Below the pieces are notes generated by a model, which ran no database searches, was not told the origin of the DNA, and worked only from the letters and a program-made list of their open reading frames with translations. A stretch of DNA of 32,000 nt from Massilicoli timonensis. Lineage in GTDB: Bacteria > Bacillota_I > Bacilli_A > Erysipelotrichales > Erysipelotrichaceae. This document shows, one piece after another, positions 17,197 to 25,662 of this stretch. The translations under genes were made by a program, and so were the position numbers. The stretch covers positions 120,001 through 152,000 of the forward strand of contig NZ_LT963433.1 in the NCBI RefSeq assembly GCF_900199515.1. Direction: 5' to 3'. Each line of letters opens with the position of its first letter. Positions within the stretch are counted from its first letter, which is position 1.

Positions 17197-17458
17197 CAAT
17201 CACACCTCCAATCTGCTCGATACTGTCAACGCAGAAAACCTTAAAACCGAGGCTTTCCAACTGTTTTCTACGTCTTATCTGTAAAGGACGCATCTTTTTA
17301 CCGGGAGCCTTAAGTTCCACAAATGCCATTCTTCCCATTGGCAAAAGCACAAGTCTGTCCGGCACACCATCTAAACCAGGACTTACAAACTTCGGTGCGA
17401 TGCCTCCCATTTTCTTCACTGCGTCCGTGAATTTTTTCTCTATAAACTGTTCTCTCAT
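17177..17458 (-). CDS. VRR-NUC domain nuclease
   Basis: GVPDRLVLLP...AFVELKAPG (D...ExK) in a 93-aa protein next to the SNF2 helicase. SD GAGGTG. Confidence 0.8.
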   Translation of the reverse strand: MREQFIEKKFTDAVKKMGGIAPKFVSPGLDGVPDRLVLLPMGRMAFVELKAPGKKMRPLQIRRRKQLESLGFKVFCVDSIEQIGGVIDAIQSP

Positions 17459-17491
17459 GTCTACACCTCATTTGACACAAGAACACAAAAT

Positions 17492-17512
17492 CACAACCAT
17501 TCCCTATATATT
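17492..17512 (+). repeat. Copy 1 of the 21-nt motif (plus orientation): CACAACCATTCCCTATATATT
   Basis: Part of the left arm (17474-17512) of an imperfect ~40-nt inverted repeat in the primase/VRR-NUC gap. Confidence 0.6.
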
Positions 17513-17569
17513 CCTTACGCGCCTATACACAGGTGTTTTTCACTTATACCCTAAATAAAAGCCATTTTG

Positions 17570-17590
17570 AATATAAGGGAAATAGTTGTG
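17570..17590 (-). repeat. Copy 2 of the 21-nt motif (minus orientation): CACAACTATTTCCCTTATATT
   Basis: Part of the right arm (17570-17611), whose minus strand reads GAACACAAGAATGCGACACAACACAACTATTTCCCTTATATT. It begins right after the primase stop. Confidence 0.6.
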
Positions 17591-17611
17591 TTGTGTCGCA
17601 TTCTTGTGTTC

Positions 17612-19960
17612 TTAACCTCCGAATTTGTAAAGTCGCTGCCTGCCGTAAATCGGCTGACGCTTGATGGAATTGGTTCGCTCCCAACCGCTGATTTGGCTCA
17701 TCAGTGCTGCAATGGCATAGCTGTCCGAAGGTTTCAGTTCCTGCAGATTCTTGCCAAAGCACTCACACCAAATTTCCGGATTACTGACTTCTGTACGAAC
17801 CACCGTGCCTTTATGATCAGGCTGCCCAAACTCACTTCCTTGCAGGAAGTTTCTTCTTTGGTACAAATCCATGCTGTCCCAATCGGTCGGCAGTAAGGCA
17901 TTAAGGTACTCTTCCACCATGCCGACACGCTCGTCTACTTCCATCGCAGACTGCTGCACCTTCTCGGACTCCGCAAGCACATCGCCTTCAAGGAACAATT
18001 TCTCGCCGGACTTCCAGATAGCTTTTGCCTCCGCCCAGAACTGCTGACGGTATTCATCGGTAAAGTTCCAGGTCTTTTTCTGTTTCTTCTGATGTACCTT
18101 GATAATCCAAAAACGGCGGTTACCCGTAATATCACGCAGATATCCACGCTCACCGTTGACCGTAGCAATGATAATGCACTGCCTTGGATGGGATTCCACC
18201 ACTCGACCATAGGAAGGACGGTATTTATCATCGCAGGTAGAAAGGAACGCCTTCACTTTCTCAATGTCGGCTTTCTTCATACCTGCAAGTTCTCCAATTT
18301 CCACCGCCCAAAATCCCTGCAGTTTTTCTGCACCGGACTTATCATCCATATCCGTAAGGGACAAGGTTTCCGAATAATACTCTGAACCCACCAGGTCTTT
18401 TACGATGGTGGACTTACCGATACCTTGCTCCCCGTCAAGCACAGGAACACAGTCAAACTTAATGCCGGGAACATAGATACGGGCAACGGCGGCGGCAAAG
18501 GTTTTTCTTGTAACCGTGCGTACATATTCCGTATCATCCGCCTGCAGATATTTGATAAAGAGGTCTTCCACACGTTTAACACCATCCCACTCAGGCAGAC
18601 TGTCCAAATAGTCACGAACAGGGTGGAAGTGTCGGTCATCGGCAGCCTTGGTAAAGGCAACATCGTGGTTACGGCTGGAAAACGGCAAATAGCGGATGTC
18701 AATGATAGACTTAAGCTGCGCCGTATCCGCATCACGCCAGAATGCATTTCCCGCAGGACGCTCCCAAGGAAGAGGACCCGTAATCTGAATACGGTTTGCC
18801 ATCTCATTGAACGCAAAATTCTGAAAATCGGGGTCATTGTTTAAGATGAGATTGAGGTTATACACGCTGTTTTCAAGCAGGCTTGACCTCGGCTGATAAC
18901 GGAGTTTTTTCTTCCAGTCCTCATCACTGTCAGCAGAAAAATCCACATTTGCCTGTGCCAGTCTTTCATTGGCAGCAAGGAGTTTTACTTCATCCTGCTG
19001 CATGGCAAACTCGCACATAGCATTGAAAGATTTTTTATCATCGGCATCTCCGAACTTATGGATACGGACAATATCGAAGGCATTGCAGAGTTTCAGATAT
19101 GCAGGGTCCTTGGCATGGTGGCTGTAGACAAACTTGTCTTCTTTGATTTCCACACCCGCCATACTACTTGACTGAATGAAATGCCAACGGCTCTCGTTAT
19201 CGGTCGGCTCATATACATCGGAGAGGAAAATCTCCAATGCTTTGGAGATAGGATGATAGACACGGTTGAAAAGACCCACCACACCTTCTTTGGAAAGCGG
19301 GTCCTGTACCTTTTGCTGCGTTACGCTGTTTGCCTTACTCTCCCTGGAGGAAGTAGGCAGTCTTGTGGGGTCAGTCCATTCCGGATGTGCGGAGAGGATT
19401 TCATCGGGGTCAATCCAACCACCGTCCGTTTCCTTGTATGCGAAAACGCCGTTCTGCGGGGTAGACGGCCAATACATCAGCTGATTGGGAAGATAGGAAC
19501 ACTCGTCAAAATAGTCGATACCGAGCATATGTGCCACATAACGAGATACGGCAACAAACTCCTCCGGTGTTACATCACGGGTCAGAGGGCAGACGATTCT
19601 TGCCCTCGGATTTTCTTCCGTGCTGCTATGTGTGGTGTAAAGCACAGAGGTATATGGAAAGGTGGATTCAAACCCTTCCAGAAATTCCTTTGTAATACGG
19701 TCGCCGTCCAGGGAAAGCATAGAGCGTGACTCCACAGTGTCGATTTTTCTGCGGCCGCCCTTAAGGACACCGCCCACAAATCCACCGTGGTCTTTTGCCA
19801 GATCACGCTGTGCCTTATTCATCTTTGCGTATTCTTCCGCCGACTCCGGGGTACGGATAGTGACTTTTAAGCGTTCCTTCAATTCATCAAAGCCGATGGT
19901 TTTATTGACCCAGGTCTTTGCCTGTCGGCTGTTGCCGTATGCAAGTGCTAAACTTCTCAT
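17612..19960 (-). CDS. DNA primase/helicase, VirE (VapE) family
   Basis: 782 aa with Walker A VLDGEQGIGKST and a large N-terminal region. The ATG overlaps the upstream TAA by 1 nt (TAATG). Confidence 0.85.
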   Translation of the reverse strand: MRSLALAYGNSRQAKTWVNKTIGFDELKERLKVTIRTPESAEEYAKMNKAQRDLAKDHGGFVGGVLKGGRRKIDTVESRSMLSLDGDRITKEFLEGFESTFPYTSVLYTTHSSTEENPRARIVCPLTRDVTPEEFVAVSRYVAHMLGIDYFDECSYLPNQLMYWPSTPQNGVFAYKETDGGWIDPDEILSAHPEWTDPTRLPTSSRESKANSVTQQKVQDPLSKEGVVGLFNRVYHPISKALEIFLSDVYEPTDNESRWHFIQSSSMAGVEIKEDKFVYSHHAKDPAYLKLCNAFDIVRIHKFGDADDKKSFNAMCEFAMQQDEVKLLAANERLAQANVDFSADSDEDWKKKLRYQPRSSLLENSVYNLNLILNNDPDFQNFAFNEMANRIQITGPLPWERPAGNAFWRDADTAQLKSIIDIRYLPFSSRNHDVAFTKAADDRHFHPVRDYLDSLPEWDGVKRVEDLFIKYLQADDTEYVRTVTRKTFAAAVARIYVPGIKFDCVPVLDGEQGIGKSTIVKDLVGSEYYSETLSLTDMDDKSGAEKLQGFWAVEIGELAGMKKADIEKVKAFLSTCDDKYRPSYGRVVESHPRQCIIIATVNGERGYLRDITGNRRFWIIKVHQKKQKKTWNFTDEYRQQFWAEAKAIWKSGEKLFLEGDVLAESEKVQQSAMEVDERVGMVEEYLNALLPTDWDSMDLYQRRNFLQGSEFGQPDHKGTVVRTEVSNPEIWCECFGKNLQELKPSDSYAIAALMSQISGWERTNSIKRQPIYGRQRLYKFGG

Positions 19961-20580
19961 TATCTGTCCCTCCTTACCTTCGGTGTCTGCCCATATTCAA
20001 AACGCGCCTGTCTTGCAACTTTACGGGCATAACGGACACGGCTCGTTACGAAGTCGCTATATCTGTACTTGCCGTATTCATGGGTGAGCATCGGAATCAT
20101 CTCATCATCCATGTCCTCACCGAAGTGGGTAAAGAAACAGCGGTCACGTCTATCGTTGTAAGCAAAGAGATACGGCTTGCGGGTATCCGGATGCAATCCG
20201 ATGGTCACTTCGTTTTCATAACTGCCAGCACCGCCATCGTCCGTTTCCTGGCAGAAGATATACAGGTCATCGTCCATCGGGTCACCGAAACAGATAATGC
20301 CTGCCCAACTGTCATGGTTCTGACCGTCACTGATTTTTGCAATTGCAGCATCACCTTCGGCAGTTCCACGGATGCCTTTTCTCTTTACTTCAAAGAAACA
20401 ATGGAAGTCAGGGAGATAAAAGTCCGGCAGATAATGTGTGCCGTCACTTAAAACAATGCCTTCCGGCTCATACTCCCACTGGATACCAAGGGTATCAAAG
20501 AACACCGCCCAACGAGCCTCCAGGCGGGAACGGAACAAATATCCTTTATACTCTGTCTGTACTGCTTTGAATTCACTCAT
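19960..20580 (-). CDS. PD-(D/E)xK-like nuclease domain protein with an unknown C-terminal half
   Basis: RSRLEARWAVFFDTLGIQWEYEP...YLPDFYLPDFHCFFEVKRKG contains D-x(n)-E-V-K. ATG at 20580 with SD GAGGAGGTG, overlapping the upstream stop by 8 nt (ATGAGTGA). Confidence 0.65.
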   Translation of the reverse strand: MSEFKAVQTEYKGYLFRSRLEARWAVFFDTLGIQWEYEPEGIVLSDGTHYLPDFYLPDFHCFFEVKRKGIRGTAEGDAAIAKISDGQNHDSWAGIICFGDPMDDDLYIFCQETDDGGAGSYENEVTIGLHPDTRKPYLFAYNDRRDRCFFTHFGEDMDDEMIPMLTHEYGKYRYSDFVTSRVRYARKVARQARFEYGQTPKVRRDR

Positions 20581-20938
20581 TACCGGACACCTCCTCACAG
20601 CTTTCGTTGAACCAACGGATGGTCAACTTTCTCTTCTTTGCGATACCGATTTCGTGTGCCATACCATCGGACACTCTGCTGCCGAACACCCAAAGTTCCG
20701 AGCAATTGCCAAGAAGAACATAATTGAAATGCATGGCATCCTTACGCTCCGCAGGGTTCTCATCACACATAAACTGCGGGTAAAGCAGGTGGGGAGTCAT
20801 AGGAATCGCTCCCTGTTCATAGGCAAAACGGCTATACTTTTTTGCCTGCTCAGTGTTATACTGCGTATCCCCGGAATAGGGACTACAGATATACACCATC
20901 GGTTTGTACGGTTCTTTTCTGTTTCTGAATTCGTCCAT
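20573..20938 (-). CDS. DUF4406-like (nucleoside 2-deoxyribosyltransferase-like fold) protein
   Basis: VYICSPYSGDTQYNTEQAKKYSRFAYEQGAIPMTPHLLYPQF...CSELWVFGSRVSDGMAHEIGIAKK matches my memory of DUF4406 proteins. SD AAGGAGGA. Confidence 0.6.
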   Translation of the reverse strand: MDEFRNRKEPYKPMVYICSPYSGDTQYNTEQAKKYSRFAYEQGAIPMTPHLLYPQFMCDENPAERKDAMHFNYVLLGNCSELWVFGSRVSDGMAHEIGIAKKRKLTIRWFNESCEEVSGNE

Positions 20939-20968
20939 ATCGAATCCTCCTTCTTAAAATGAAATAGA

Positions 20969-20991
20969 CAGAAGGACAAATCATCCTTCTG
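20969..20991 (-). terminator. Candidate terminator after the DNA polymerase gene
   Basis: Perfect 8-bp stem CAGAAGGA-UGAUUUG-UCCUUCUG followed by UCUAUUUCAUUUU on the minus strand. Confidence 0.5.
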
Positions 20992-20994
20992 CCT

Positions 20995-21026
20995 ATAAGC
21001 GAAAAATCCGATGGAATCGAACCCCC
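20995..21026 (-). repeat. Degenerate copy of the tRNA T-arm-like element
   Basis: Shares ATAAGCGAAAAAT (20995-21007) and GGAATCGAACCCCC (21013-21026), at identical spacing, with 25616-25647. The hairpin partner is not conserved here. Confidence 0.6.
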
Positions 21027-21031
21027 AAATT

Positions 21032-23020
21032 TTAATCTTTTTTATAAAAATCGCATTCGTATCCGTCTGCACGAAGGAGCAAACCTTTCGCCCAAGGCGG
21101 AGTCCTGCCCATCTGCTCACAAACGGCATCCAGGGAAACCCTACGGTCACATTCAATGATAATTTCATCGTGGACATGGGCAACGATGTCGCAGTGGCTG
21201 AGTGTTTGAATGGCGAACATCAGAATATCCCTGGCAATGGCCTGCACGGCATTCTCCGTAAACTTGGGACCGTAGCTTTCCAAACGCTCCCACTTCTTTG
21301 TAGCACCCACACCTTCATAGGTGACCGCCTCGCCGCCGAACTGGTTCTCTCCCATGCGTGGTTTTACATAGGCAAGCTGTCTGCCGGACGGAAGGGTCAG
21401 AAACAGGAATCCACTTTGATAGTGGAACTTCAAGCCATGCGTTTCCACGGCAGTCTTCTGTTTCACGCAGGTCTTTACGGCACGGTCAATATCCCACCAA
21501 AGCCTGGTTATCATAGGGTTGGCATTTCTCCACGCAGACACAAGCGGTTGCAGTTCTTCTTCCGCAATGCCCATATCCAAGGCACCCATTGCTTTCAAGG
21601 CACCGACCGAGCCACCATAACCCAGGGCGAGTTCTGCGATTTTACCTTTTTGACGGAGATGTCCGTTCACGCCGTGCTTTTCTACCGGAACGCCAAACAT
21701 CTGCGATGCACTGCTGCAATAAATGTCTTTGCCTTCCTCGAATACCTTAATTCTCCACTGTTCGCCTGCAAGCCAAGCCAACACCCTCGCCTCAATTGCA
21801 GAAAAGTCTGCTACGATAAATTTTCTGTCCTTCTGTGGCACAAAGGCAGTACGGATAAGCTGTGACAGGGTATCGGGGATATCTTCATATAAAAGTTCCA
21901 AGGCATCGTAATTTCCGCTACGCACAAGACCACGAGCCTCTGCCAGATCTTCCATGTGGTTCTGTGGTAGGTTCTGTAATTGAATCAACCTTCCTGCAAA
22001 TCGTCCGGTACGATTGGCTCCGTAAAACTGAAACATACCCCTTGCACGGTTATCTCTGCACACAGCGTTCTCCATAGCCGTGTATTTTTTAACACTGCTC
22101 TTGGCAAGCTGCTGACGAAGGGACAGTACATCGGTAATATCCTGTGGTGCCGTTTTGATTGCCGCCGCCACTTCTTTTTTACCGAGGCTCTCCATCTCCA
22201 TACCGTTATCCGATAGCCACATCTTCATCTGCTGCACGGAATTAGGATTGTCGAGATTTGTCATATCCTGCATTCTGGCAGTCAGATGTTCACGGCTCTT
22301 ACTGTCGATTTCGATTGCCTCTTTTACAAGCACCATATCCACACCGATACCACGGTCATTGATTTCTTCACTCACATGGTATTCATCCCAAATCTTATCC
22401 GATACCGGAAAGCGTGACAGCTTTGCCTGGATACCCATTTCGGTTTCCACATCACGGAGGTTGTATGCCTTAAACTGCTGCCACTTTTCCATATCATGCT
22501 CCGGCAGATTTCTTGTGCGACCACCGTTTACCTTGGTCGGTGCACAGGGAACGCAGAAATATTTGATTAAGGATTTACCCTCGGTCAGCTTCTGTTTCTC
22601 CAAACCAAGAACAGCACCCACACCCTCAAGAGAAAGCGGCAGACCTAAAGTTGCCGCCCAAATCATAGTACAGTGCCAACTTGCCGGATTTAAGAAACGG
22701 GCGCACTCCTGCGACAAAGGGTGGTTATCATAGAACGGGTCAAGGCTTACACCCATATCCGATAAATATCGGGACAGGCAGACTCTTTCAAAAGTTGCGT
22801 TATACGCCGTTTTTATAATGGAATCATCGGTCAGTGCATCAATAACTTCTGCAGGTATACTCTCCCCACAGGCAAGGTCAACCACCTGCACAGCACCGCC
22901 GTCCACGGCATAACCGAACAGTAATATTTCAAAATCCTCGCTCTCTGCATATTTGTACACACCGCATTTTTGCAGATTGACCGAGGAGAAGGTTTCAATA
23001 TCTATACTTAATACTTTCAT
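21032..23020 (-). CDS. Family A DNA polymerase with 3'-5' exonuclease domain
   Basis: Exo I LSIDIETFS, motif A ADFSAIEARVLAWL, motif B RQKGKIAELALGYGG, motif C VHDEIIIE. Confidence 0.93.
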   Translation of the reverse strand: MKVLSIDIETFSSVNLQKCGVYKYAESEDFEILLFGYAVDGGAVQVVDLACGESIPAEVIDALTDDSIIKTAYNATFERVCLSRYLSDMGVSLDPFYDNHPLSQECARFLNPASWHCTMIWAATLGLPLSLEGVGAVLGLEKQKLTEGKSLIKYFCVPCAPTKVNGGRTRNLPEHDMEKWQQFKAYNLRDVETEMGIQAKLSRFPVSDKIWDEYHVSEEINDRGIGVDMVLVKEAIEIDSKSREHLTARMQDMTNLDNPNSVQQMKMWLSDNGMEMESLGKKEVAAAIKTAPQDITDVLSLRQQLAKSSVKKYTAMENAVCRDNRARGMFQFYGANRTGRFAGRLIQLQNLPQNHMEDLAEARGLVRSGNYDALELLYEDIPDTLSQLIRTAFVPQKDRKFIVADFSAIEARVLAWLAGEQWRIKVFEEGKDIYCSSASQMFGVPVEKHGVNGHLRQKGKIAELALGYGGSVGALKAMGALDMGIAEEELQPLVSAWRNANPMITRLWWDIDRAVKTCVKQKTAVETHGLKFHYQSGFLFLTLPSGRQLAYVKPRMGENQFGGEAVTYEGVGATKKWERLESYGPKFTENAVQAIARDILMFAIQTLSHCDIVAHVHDEIIIECDRRVSLDAVCEQMGRTPPWAKGLLLRADGYECDFYKKD

Positions 23021-23043
23021 AGCACATTCCTTTCTATGACAAA

Positions 23044-23070
23044 GGCGGCAGAAGAATATCCTCCGCCGCC
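23044..23070 (-). other. Strong minus-strand stem-loop (possible weak terminator or attenuator)
   Basis: GGCGGCGGAGGA-UAU-UCUUCUGCCGCC forms 12 bp with two G.U pairs (C.A on plus). Followed only by UUUG. Lies between the 63-aa gene and the polymerase gene. Confidence 0.45.
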
Positions 23071-23078
23071 CGTCATGT

Positions 23079-23270
23079 TTACTCGGTCACATCTTCATTC
23101 TGTGCAGCCTTTTTCTGCTTACGCTTTTCACGGAAGGCTTTGACCTTCTTGACAATAAAGCTGATGATTTCACATACCGTCCACACGATGCCGTTGATGG
23201 CAAGACCGTAGATCAGGCAGAAAAGCACAATCACATCGACCTGTTTCATAAATTCGTATAATTCGTTCAT
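23079..23270 (-). CDS. Small membrane protein (63 aa, one predicted TM helix, basic tail)
   Basis: VIVLFCLIYGLAINGIVWTVCEIISFIV is hydrophobic and is followed by KKVKAFREKRKQKK. ATG with SD GAGGTAA. Confidence 0.6.
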   Translation of the reverse strand: MNELYEFMKQVDVIVLFCLIYGLAINGIVWTVCEIISFIVKKVKAFREKRKQKKAAQNEDVTE

Positions 23271-23305
23271 ATCGTTTTACCTCGTATTTCGCAGTTTTCG
23301 TTTAT

Positions 23306-23335
23306 GGCAGACGGTGGTATTTCACACCGCCTGCC
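23306..23335 (-). other. Minus-strand stem-loop after the SSB gene
   Basis: GGCAGGCGGUG-UGAAAUAC-CACCGUCUGCC forms 11 bp with one G.U pair (A.C mismatch on plus). No U-tract. Confidence 0.4.
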
Positions 23336-23345
23336 AGGGTTATCC

Positions 23346-23894
23346 TTATGCCAAGAAATCGTCATCCTCAACAGTGGAGAAATCATCGGTTGCGGAAGTA
23401 CGGCCACCGAGATACTCACCATCACGGATTTTCTGAATGTTGCCAAGACCGCAGGCAACACCACGATTACCGTTACTGTTAAATGCGTAGAAGTTCAAAG
23501 ACACTCTCGCATAACAGCCGGAGTAAACCTCATCACGGTCGAGGATAGGCTTAACCGCCTTGTCCACAATCTGAGGAGCCGTAGTGCTGTTTGCGTTCAC
23601 GAAATAATGACCCTTGTAGGCATCATCATCTCTTTCAACATCGCCGTCACGAAGAGGCAGTTTGATTGCACCCTTGTTAGGCTTTTTGCCGCCGAACTTG
23701 GCGATGCCTTCCTCAATCGCAGCATCCACTGCAGCGTTGATAGCGTTGATGGTTTCGGTATCGTCCTTCGGAATCAACACGGATACGGAATACTTTTCAG
23801 CACCACCATTGATGCTGACAGGCTCCCAACCGTGGAAGTAAGAAAGACGAGTGTTCTTGCCAGTGATAACCTTAGTTCTGTTTACGTTTGCCAT
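23346..23894 (-). CDS. DUF2815 / T7 gp2.5-like single-stranded DNA-binding protein
   Basis: 182 aa with an acidic C-terminal tail ...TVEDDDFLA. Adjacent to the DUF2800 and DNA polymerase genes, a typical module. Confidence 0.75.
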   Translation of the reverse strand: MANVNRTKVITGKNTRLSYFHGWEPVSINGGAEKYSVSVLIPKDDTETINAINAAVDAAIEEGIAKFGGKKPNKGAIKLPLRDGDVERDDDAYKGHYFVNANSTTAPQIVDKAVKPILDRDEVYSGCYARVSLNFYAFNSNGNRGVACGLGNIQKIRDGEYLGGRTSATDDFSTVEDDDFLA

Positions 23895-23898
23895 AATT

Positions 23899-25029
23899 TT
23901 AATCCTCCATAATAAATTCGTTTTTTGCGTCTGATACGTTCATTGCCTGCCTCTTATCCGAAAGGGGAACGAGGGTAGGCTTTCCGGGTGGTTTGATAAC
24001 GAGGCCGCCCAGGATTTCCTCGAATTGCTTTTTGCCCATCAGCTTCTGCATTTCTGTCAGAGTGATAAGGCTCTGACGGTAAATGTCTGTGTACCCGTGT
24101 TCCTTGGCTGCTGCCGCCACCGCATCCTCATCGGAAAACTTACGGTTAGAACGACCTTCGACAACCTTGAACCCGCTCCACGACTTGCCGTGGTTTAGTG
24201 CCGCTTCCAAGGCATAGGCACTGATTTCGTTTGCCCACTTGGTGATGTCCGGCAGCATCGGAAGAATTTCTTCAATCTCCTCATCCGTAAGCAAAGGCGG
24301 AAGTTTGAATTCTTCCTCTGCGATACGGAGTTTTTCTGCTGCCCTCGCACGGCACTTGACCGCCGCACGGCAAAATTGGCACCATTCTCCCGGACAATAT
24401 TCGCCTTCGCCCTTGGCAGCCATCTGAGCCTTGGGTTTCAGTTCGTTTTCCGCCCAGGCTTTCAGTTCTTCCACAGACACCGTCCATGTCTGAACATTCT
24501 CCCTGCGAGGTTGGAAAATCGAAAGTGAAACTTCCTTAATGTCATACAGGCTTTCATAGGCACTGAGTGCTGCGATGCCGTAACACTTCAGCTGCGAATT
24601 TTCCTCTGCGTCAACGAGTACACCAAGTCCGTATTTCATATCGATAATGTGGAGACTGTTATCCGAGACGATGAGGCAATCCGCCGTTCCGTATGCGCCC
24701 GGAACATAATCGGAGAGGTCAACCTTCTGCTCAATCAGCACCAAAGGATCGGGGCAGTTCTGCTTTGCTTTTTCAAGCTGTTCTAAGACAAACTCCACAT
24801 AAGCATCGCTATGTTCTTCCATCTCATCCGTATTAAACGGGGATACCGGACGCTTACTGCGCCTGCGGAGTGCCTTCTTCAACTTGTGTTCGCATAAAGC
24901 GTGAGCCGCAGTACCTTCCTCGGCAGCGTTGCTGCTCTTGTTTTCAAACTCCGTTTCCAAGACCGCACTCGGTGTGCATTGTAACCACCTGTGGGAACTG
25001 GAAGGGGAAAGTAGTGCGTGATTACCCAT
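23899..25029 (-). CDS. DUF2800 Cas4/RecB-like PD-(D/E)xK exonuclease
   Basis: LSPSSSHRWLQCTPS..., GTADCLIV...IIDMKYG and a C-terminal Cys cluster CPGEWCQFCRAAVKC. ATG at 25029 with SD GGAGGTG, overlapping the upstream stop. Confidence 0.8.
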   Translation of the reverse strand: MGNHALLSPSSSHRWLQCTPSAVLETEFENKSSNAAEEGTAAHALCEHKLKKALRRRSKRPVSPFNTDEMEEHSDAYVEFVLEQLEKAKQNCPDPLVLIEQKVDLSDYVPGAYGTADCLIVSDNSLHIIDMKYGLGVLVDAEENSQLKCYGIAALSAYESLYDIKEVSLSIFQPRRENVQTWTVSVEELKAWAENELKPKAQMAAKGEGEYCPGEWCQFCRAAVKCRARAAEKLRIAEEEFKLPPLLTDEEIEEILPMLPDITKWANEISAYALEAALNHGKSWSGFKVVEGRSNRKFSDEDAVAAAAKEHGYTDIYRQSLITLTEMQKLMGKKQFEEILGGLVIKPPGKPTLVPLSDKRQAMNVSDAKNEFIMED

Positions 25030-25372
25030 TGCCAAGCACCTCCGCATCCTTAATAAGGTCTGCATAGTGCTTCGGGTCCACATCCGACAGCTTGCTGCCG
25101 CCGTACTTGGTAATCAAACCCTTTACCTCGGCTGTCATACCGTTCTGCGTCTTAACCGCAAGCACAGCACGGACATCTGCCAAAGTAGGCACCTTTTCTG
25201 CTATCTGCTTTGTGGGTTGTCCTGTTTCGACAGGCTTCGACACTTCCTTGGCATCAACGAAGATTTCCTGGCTGTCAGCAAATGCGTAAGCCACAGCTTC
25301 CAGTCCGTCTGCCAGTGAGTGCATCAGCTTCACCACATCGAGGAGCAGATTAAATTTGTTAGCGTTTGTCAT
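25022..25372 (-). CDS. Hypothetical protein (116 aa)
   Basis: ATG with SD AAGGAGG. No family recognised. Confidence 0.6.
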   Translation of the reverse strand: MTNANKFNLLLDVVKLMHSLADGLEAVAYAFADSQEIFVDAKEVSKPVETGQPTKQIAEKVPTLADVRAVLAVKTQNGMTAEVKGLITKYGGSKLSDVDPKHYADLIKDAEVLGNG

Positions 25373-25571
25373 GGTTCTCGCCTCCTTTCAGTTCGTGAAT
25401 CTCGACGGTCTGCACCGAATCACCTGGAGAGAGAACCAGAACGTTGACCTGCTGACCGAAGAGAAAATCAAGTATTCTCTTGCGAATCTGCATCGTTCCG
25501 CTTCGGACTACCGGAGAAGGTGTGCCGCCGGGTTTTGCAATGTTGATACATACCTTGTGTTTAATTCCCAT
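25359..25571 (-). CDS. Hypothetical small protein (70 aa)
   Basis: ATG with SD AAGGAG 9 nt upstream. Overlaps the next gene by 14 nt. Confidence 0.5.
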   Translation of the reverse strand: MGIKHKVCINIAKPGGTPSPVVRSGTMQIRKRILDFLFGQQVNVLVLSPGDSVQTVEIHELKGGENHDKR

Positions 25572-25627
25572 TGCACTTGGCTCCTTTCCGAGGAGTTTTT
25601 CTCACCCCTCTGTCCATAAGCGAAAAA

Positions 25628-25650
25628 TGAGGGGGAATCGAACCCCCTCA
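25628..25650 (-). terminator. Intrinsic terminator whose hairpin mimics a tRNA T-arm
   Basis: Minus strand U-GAGGGGG-UUCGAUU-CCCCCUC-A followed by UUUUUCGCUU, 12 nt after the stop of the sigma-like gene. Confidence 0.75.
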
Positions 25651-25662
25651 AATCAACTTTTT

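Noticed and set aside
23267-23464. 65-aa minus-strand ORF overlapping the 3' end of the SSB gene, and other nested ORFs (for example 4678-5016, 5404-5634, 11246-11638, 18400-18837)
   Set aside because: They are alternative frames inside well-supported genes, with no SD and no recognisable motifs.
25616-25650. Possible tRNA gene, because of the GGGGGTTCGATTCCCCC T-arm sequence
   Set aside because: Only a T-arm-like hairpin is present. The upstream ~55 nt is the coding end of the sigma-like gene with no D-arm, anticodon arm or acceptor partner. The 3' flank is a U-run rather than a discriminator/CCA context. It is better read as a terminator or repeat.
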